A DNA stretch of 64,000 bases from Salpingoeca rosetta (Eukaryota; Protista; Choanoflagellata): contig JAWQFM010000006.1 of NCBI GenBank assembly GCA_033442325.1, forward strand, positions 604,673-668,672, read 5' to 3'. Shown here piece after piece: positions 60,599 through 64,000 of the stretch. How positions within the stretch are numbered: position 1 is the stretch's first letter; every line of letters begins with the position of its first letter. The notes below the pieces were generated by a model. It ran no database searches and was not told where the DNA came from. It saw only the letters and a program-made list of their open reading frames with translations. The position numbers and the translations under genes were made by a program.

Positions 60599-61990
60599 CT
60601 TCGACGATGGATGAGTGCGGCAACGTTTAAGAAGTGAAATGTCCGATGGAGCGAGCGTTGAGGCGGAGTAGAGAGGCGCCGGAGGGCGAAATGGCCGAAA
60701 TCCAGGAGTAGTTGTGGTGCAGACAAAGGAAAACCGCCACAAGAGAAAAGGCAAGTGCTGCCGACCCGGGGAATTGTATTGGTGGCAATGGAGAGGCGAG
60801 GTGGCAGGCAGGCGGGCTAGCTGGCCGACACACCAAAAGCTGGCGGCGGGGGGGGGGGGTCCGAATAGCTAGCGCAGGCTGGGTTAACGAAAAGAAGAAC
60901 GAAGGCGAAGGTAACGCTCGCCGACAGAGGACAACAATCTCGTCGACAAAGTTGTGTGTGCGGGTGTGTGTCTGCCACGCGGAGCGGGAAGGTGGAAAGA
61001 ATGGGCGAGTGTTAGAAGTTCCCGCAAAGTACGACGTATCGGTGGCAGTGGTATGTGTGTGTGTGCGCGCGCGTGTGTGTGTGTCTGTGCCTGTGTGGTT
61101 TGCGGAACGTCAAGTTGAGTTGGAGTGTGTATGTTTGCTTGGTTCTGTGGCTGGTTCGTTGAGCGGGTGAGTGGTGGATGGCCTGGCTGGGTGGCTGGAG
61201 CTGGCTGTGCTGTGTGCTTCTCGTGAGGAGAAATTTCTGCTTTTCAAAATTGGCGGCAACCAAATTTGCTGTCAGGTTTGACAGCGAAAGCGGACACAAC
61301 GCCACTCTGTGCCCTTGGTATTTTGCCACTGCGGCAAATACGTGATTGCCATTTTCCCCCCAAATCCAAGACGCAAGACGCCGTCGCCAAGATGCAACCC
61401 GCCGCCAAACATGTCGGCTCCAGAACAAAGTGGAAGCAGCTGAGCCAGCGAACGCAAGAACCGTGATTGATGACATCAACGCAAGGCCCAGCAGCGGCGT
61501 TCCTGACTTGCCCGGCAATCTGCGAGGTACCGGACGACATCCGCACCGCCACTTGCACACAGCACCCCCCCCCCCTTGCCACACACGCGCATATTGCTGG
61601 TGTGATTGGGGGCGGGGGAACGGACGAAAGAATCAAGCAATCTTGCAGAAGAGGAGGCGGGGGATCACGCAGTAGGTGTTGCGTGAGGGTCCCCCCGAGT
61701 CAGTTGTTGCGGTGGATTGCTGTGCTTGTGATCTCCATCCATCACTCTATCCATCCGGCGGTCGGTCGGGTTGATTTGACAACGGCGGGCACGTCTCGTT
61801 CATTTTCTCATCACGCCTCGATCAACAACAACAAGTTCAGAAGCAACGCGAATCAGCCCAGGCCAGTCCAGTCAAGCCAACTACACGCCGACCGACCAAG
61901 CAAGCAAGCAGCTACAGACCAAGCAAGCAAGCTCTAGCCGCTCCACGCACCTTTCTTACCTTCCTACCCACCGACCCACCGACCGACAAG

Positions 61991-62224
61991 ATGATTGGCC
62001 GTCTCATTGGCACCGTGAAGAAGTACCCCGAGGTCACCCCGCTGCTTGTGGTGTGCTCCTTCGCCGCCAGCTTTGGCATCTTCTCCCTCACCCGCTTTGT
62101 GACCTCCAACCCGGAGGTGAGCCTGAACCACAGGGAGACCAACTGGGAGACCAGCGAGTTGAAGGCCGGCCGCATCCCCGACCGCGTTCTCCAGCTGCAC
62201 GCCCAGGACAAGCAGGCTGCGTAA
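61991..62224 (+). CDS. NDUFA4: NDUFA4/COXFA4 (MLRQ/B12D family) respiratory chain subunit, intronless
   Basis: 77 aa: KKYPEVTPLL, a single TM segment, LTRF..NPEV..NW; family pattern. Confidence 0.82.
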   Translation: MIGRLIGTVKKYPEVTPLLVVCSFAASFGIFSLTRFVTSNPEVSLNHRETNWETSELKAGRIPDRVLQLHAQDKQAA

Positions 62225-62571
62225 GCCTTTTGCCTCCACACCCGCTTTCATCAGCACAGTTTCGTCCTGTCCTTGGCTTCTTCCACCTGACTCTACTTCC
62301 CGTGTCTTCCCCTCGAACTTTGTCATCATCGCTCAGCGAGCGTGATGCACCAGGATCACGATCGTCACGATCGCGCACAACACACGCTTCTTTTCTTCTT
62401 TCTGGTGTTCCCCTCTTGTACATCTGGGCGTTTCCCAGAAGGCCCTTTGCTTGCAGCGCATCTTTGCAGCGCATCTTGTGTGCTTCATGGGTTGATTGAT
62501 TGACTTTGATTAACCACCGCCAGTGCCAGCCTTCTTGTTGTTGGCGTGCTGGTTTGGTTCTATGTGAACAC

Positions 62572-62624
<53 letters not shown>

Positions 62625-62790
62625 AACGCGAGCCTTGGCTGTATTGTATACTTATGATGAGTACACGCTTCCTAATTGCCACAAAAGCCATCAATCAATT
62701 ATACGTCACAAGAAGCAGGAGGGGAGAGAATAGAGGAGGAAGGGGGGGGGGGGAAGACAGGCTCCAGCAGTTTGCTTGCAGAGACGAGGG

Positions 62791-63876
62791 CTATGGCATG
62801 TGTGAGCGGTGTTGGTGCTGTTGGTGCTGCTGTTGTCGACGTCCTTTGCCTGTTCGCTTTCCCTTGCCCTTGGTGTTGTTGCGTTTGCCATGGTGGTGGT
62901 AGTGCGGTGGCTTGGGCGATGGATTCGGATGGCCGGGTAACCTGTGGAGTGATGGAAAGAAAGGGAGGCAAAGCGGGGGTGAATGATGGGCGGGGTTGGA
63001 CGGAAGGAAAGGAGAAGTTGGAAATGTGAACCGACACGAGGGAATAGCTCATGAACTGGGCTGGAACGACAGGGTGGGTGTACAGCGAGAAAAGTGTACA
63101 GAGCACAGTGCACACAGTGTACAAAGCACAGCAAGCACCAGTGTACGCAGCCCGGCAAGCACAGTGTACGCAGCCCGGCAAGCACCAGTGTACAAAGCAC
63201 AGCAAGCACAGTGTACAAAGCACAGTAAGCACAGTGTACAAAGCACAGCAAGCACACAGAACAAACACACACACGCACACGCACACAGAGCAAACACACG
63301 GAGCACACGCGCAACCAACGGACAGGGCACTGACAAGAACGGCGGGATGCGCTTCAGGTCTGAAGAGGAGAGGAGCTGGCCTCTGGTAGCTTGTCGCACA
63401 GCGAGCATCTGCTCCATGGTGTAGTGGACAGGCATGTGGCCATCGTGCGTGTATTGGTCTGTGTGTGCGGCCGCGGTCTTGGCGCGCTTTGCATGCGGTT
63501 CGTCTTCCTCCAGCAGTTCTCTGTCTTGCTGCACAAGCGGTGCTTTCGCTGCTGATCTACCTTGTTGCGGTGCTGTTGTGGTTTGTATCGCTGCTGATCT
63601 GCCTTGTTCCGGTGCTGCTCCCACTGTTCCACCAACACCACCACAACCATCACCTTGCGCGTCACTGTGTTGCTGTTGTTGCTGCTGCTGCTGTTGTTGT
63701 TGTTGTTGGACGCTTGTGTGGGCCACTCGCTGGCGCTGGGGGCGTGTTAGATGAGGGAAGGCCACCTGGCAGAACGTCTCCATCACTGCAACTTGCTCCT
63801 GTGGCGTGCCGCCACTGCACCCCTGCGGCCACAGAAACGTGGCCGCAAACGCTCGCACATCCTCCACCATCGTCAT
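62791..63876 (-). CDS. Hypothetical protein, 2 exons (63876-63335, 62941-62791; 230 aa)
   Basis: gtcagt donor and cag acceptor give an in-frame join. Contains polyQ, a YTMEQMLAVR motif and a basic tail (KGKGKRTGKGRR). Confidence 0.6.
63094..63257. repeat. ~23-bp intronic tandem repeat (CAGTGTACAAAGCACAGCAAGCA variants)
   Basis: About 7 degenerate units seen directly. Confidence 0.85.
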
Positions 63877-64000
63877 CAACAACAACAAACGAAGAGTTTT
63901 AACTTTTCAAACGGATGATTCGATGGTCTGTTAATTCCGCGGGTGTTGTGTGTGCTTCTTTGCTTGCAGGCAGTTTGTTTGTGTTGTTTTCTCTTCTTCT

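Noticed and set aside
61315-61345. Similarity to the U4 snRNA 5' end on the minus strand
   Set aside because: Only a short partial match; the downstream kink-turn and Sm site are absent.

Overview
Eukaryotic, intron-rich genomic DNA: GC-rich exons, introns packed with (CA/GT)n microsatellites, and one N gap. The style fits a choanoflagellate such as Salpingoeca (inference). Most ORF-track entries are microsatellite or antisense shadows. I could reconstruct about 16 genes: QCR2/UQCRC2-like, a WW-WW-SH3 adaptor, a C2H2 + Mutator-type DNA-binding polyQ gene, ECD, a ~1980-aa TIR-like/PH/SecA-ATPase protein, a PDZ protein broken by the gap, a coiled-coil/CUE/PTB-like protein, EIF2B1, SRP72, a SAP-bZIP factor, WDR36/UTP21, a FoxJ-type forkhead, NDUFA4 and three hypotheticals. 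The main finding is in the 2.19-kb outlier intron of WDR36 (50246-52432, minus strand). It appears to encode a giant (~1.8 kb) composite box C/D + H/ACA guide RNA. Its two ends base-pair extensively around canonical C/D and D'/C' boxes. Four guide elements each point at U5 snRNA loop 1, at positions equivalent to human Gm37, Psi43, Cm45 and Psi46. Other notable items are a recent 442-bp exon-containing tandem duplication in SRP72, a possible degenerate Mutator element whose ends abut two divergent genes, and a start codon split by an intron. All structures were derived by eye, not computed.
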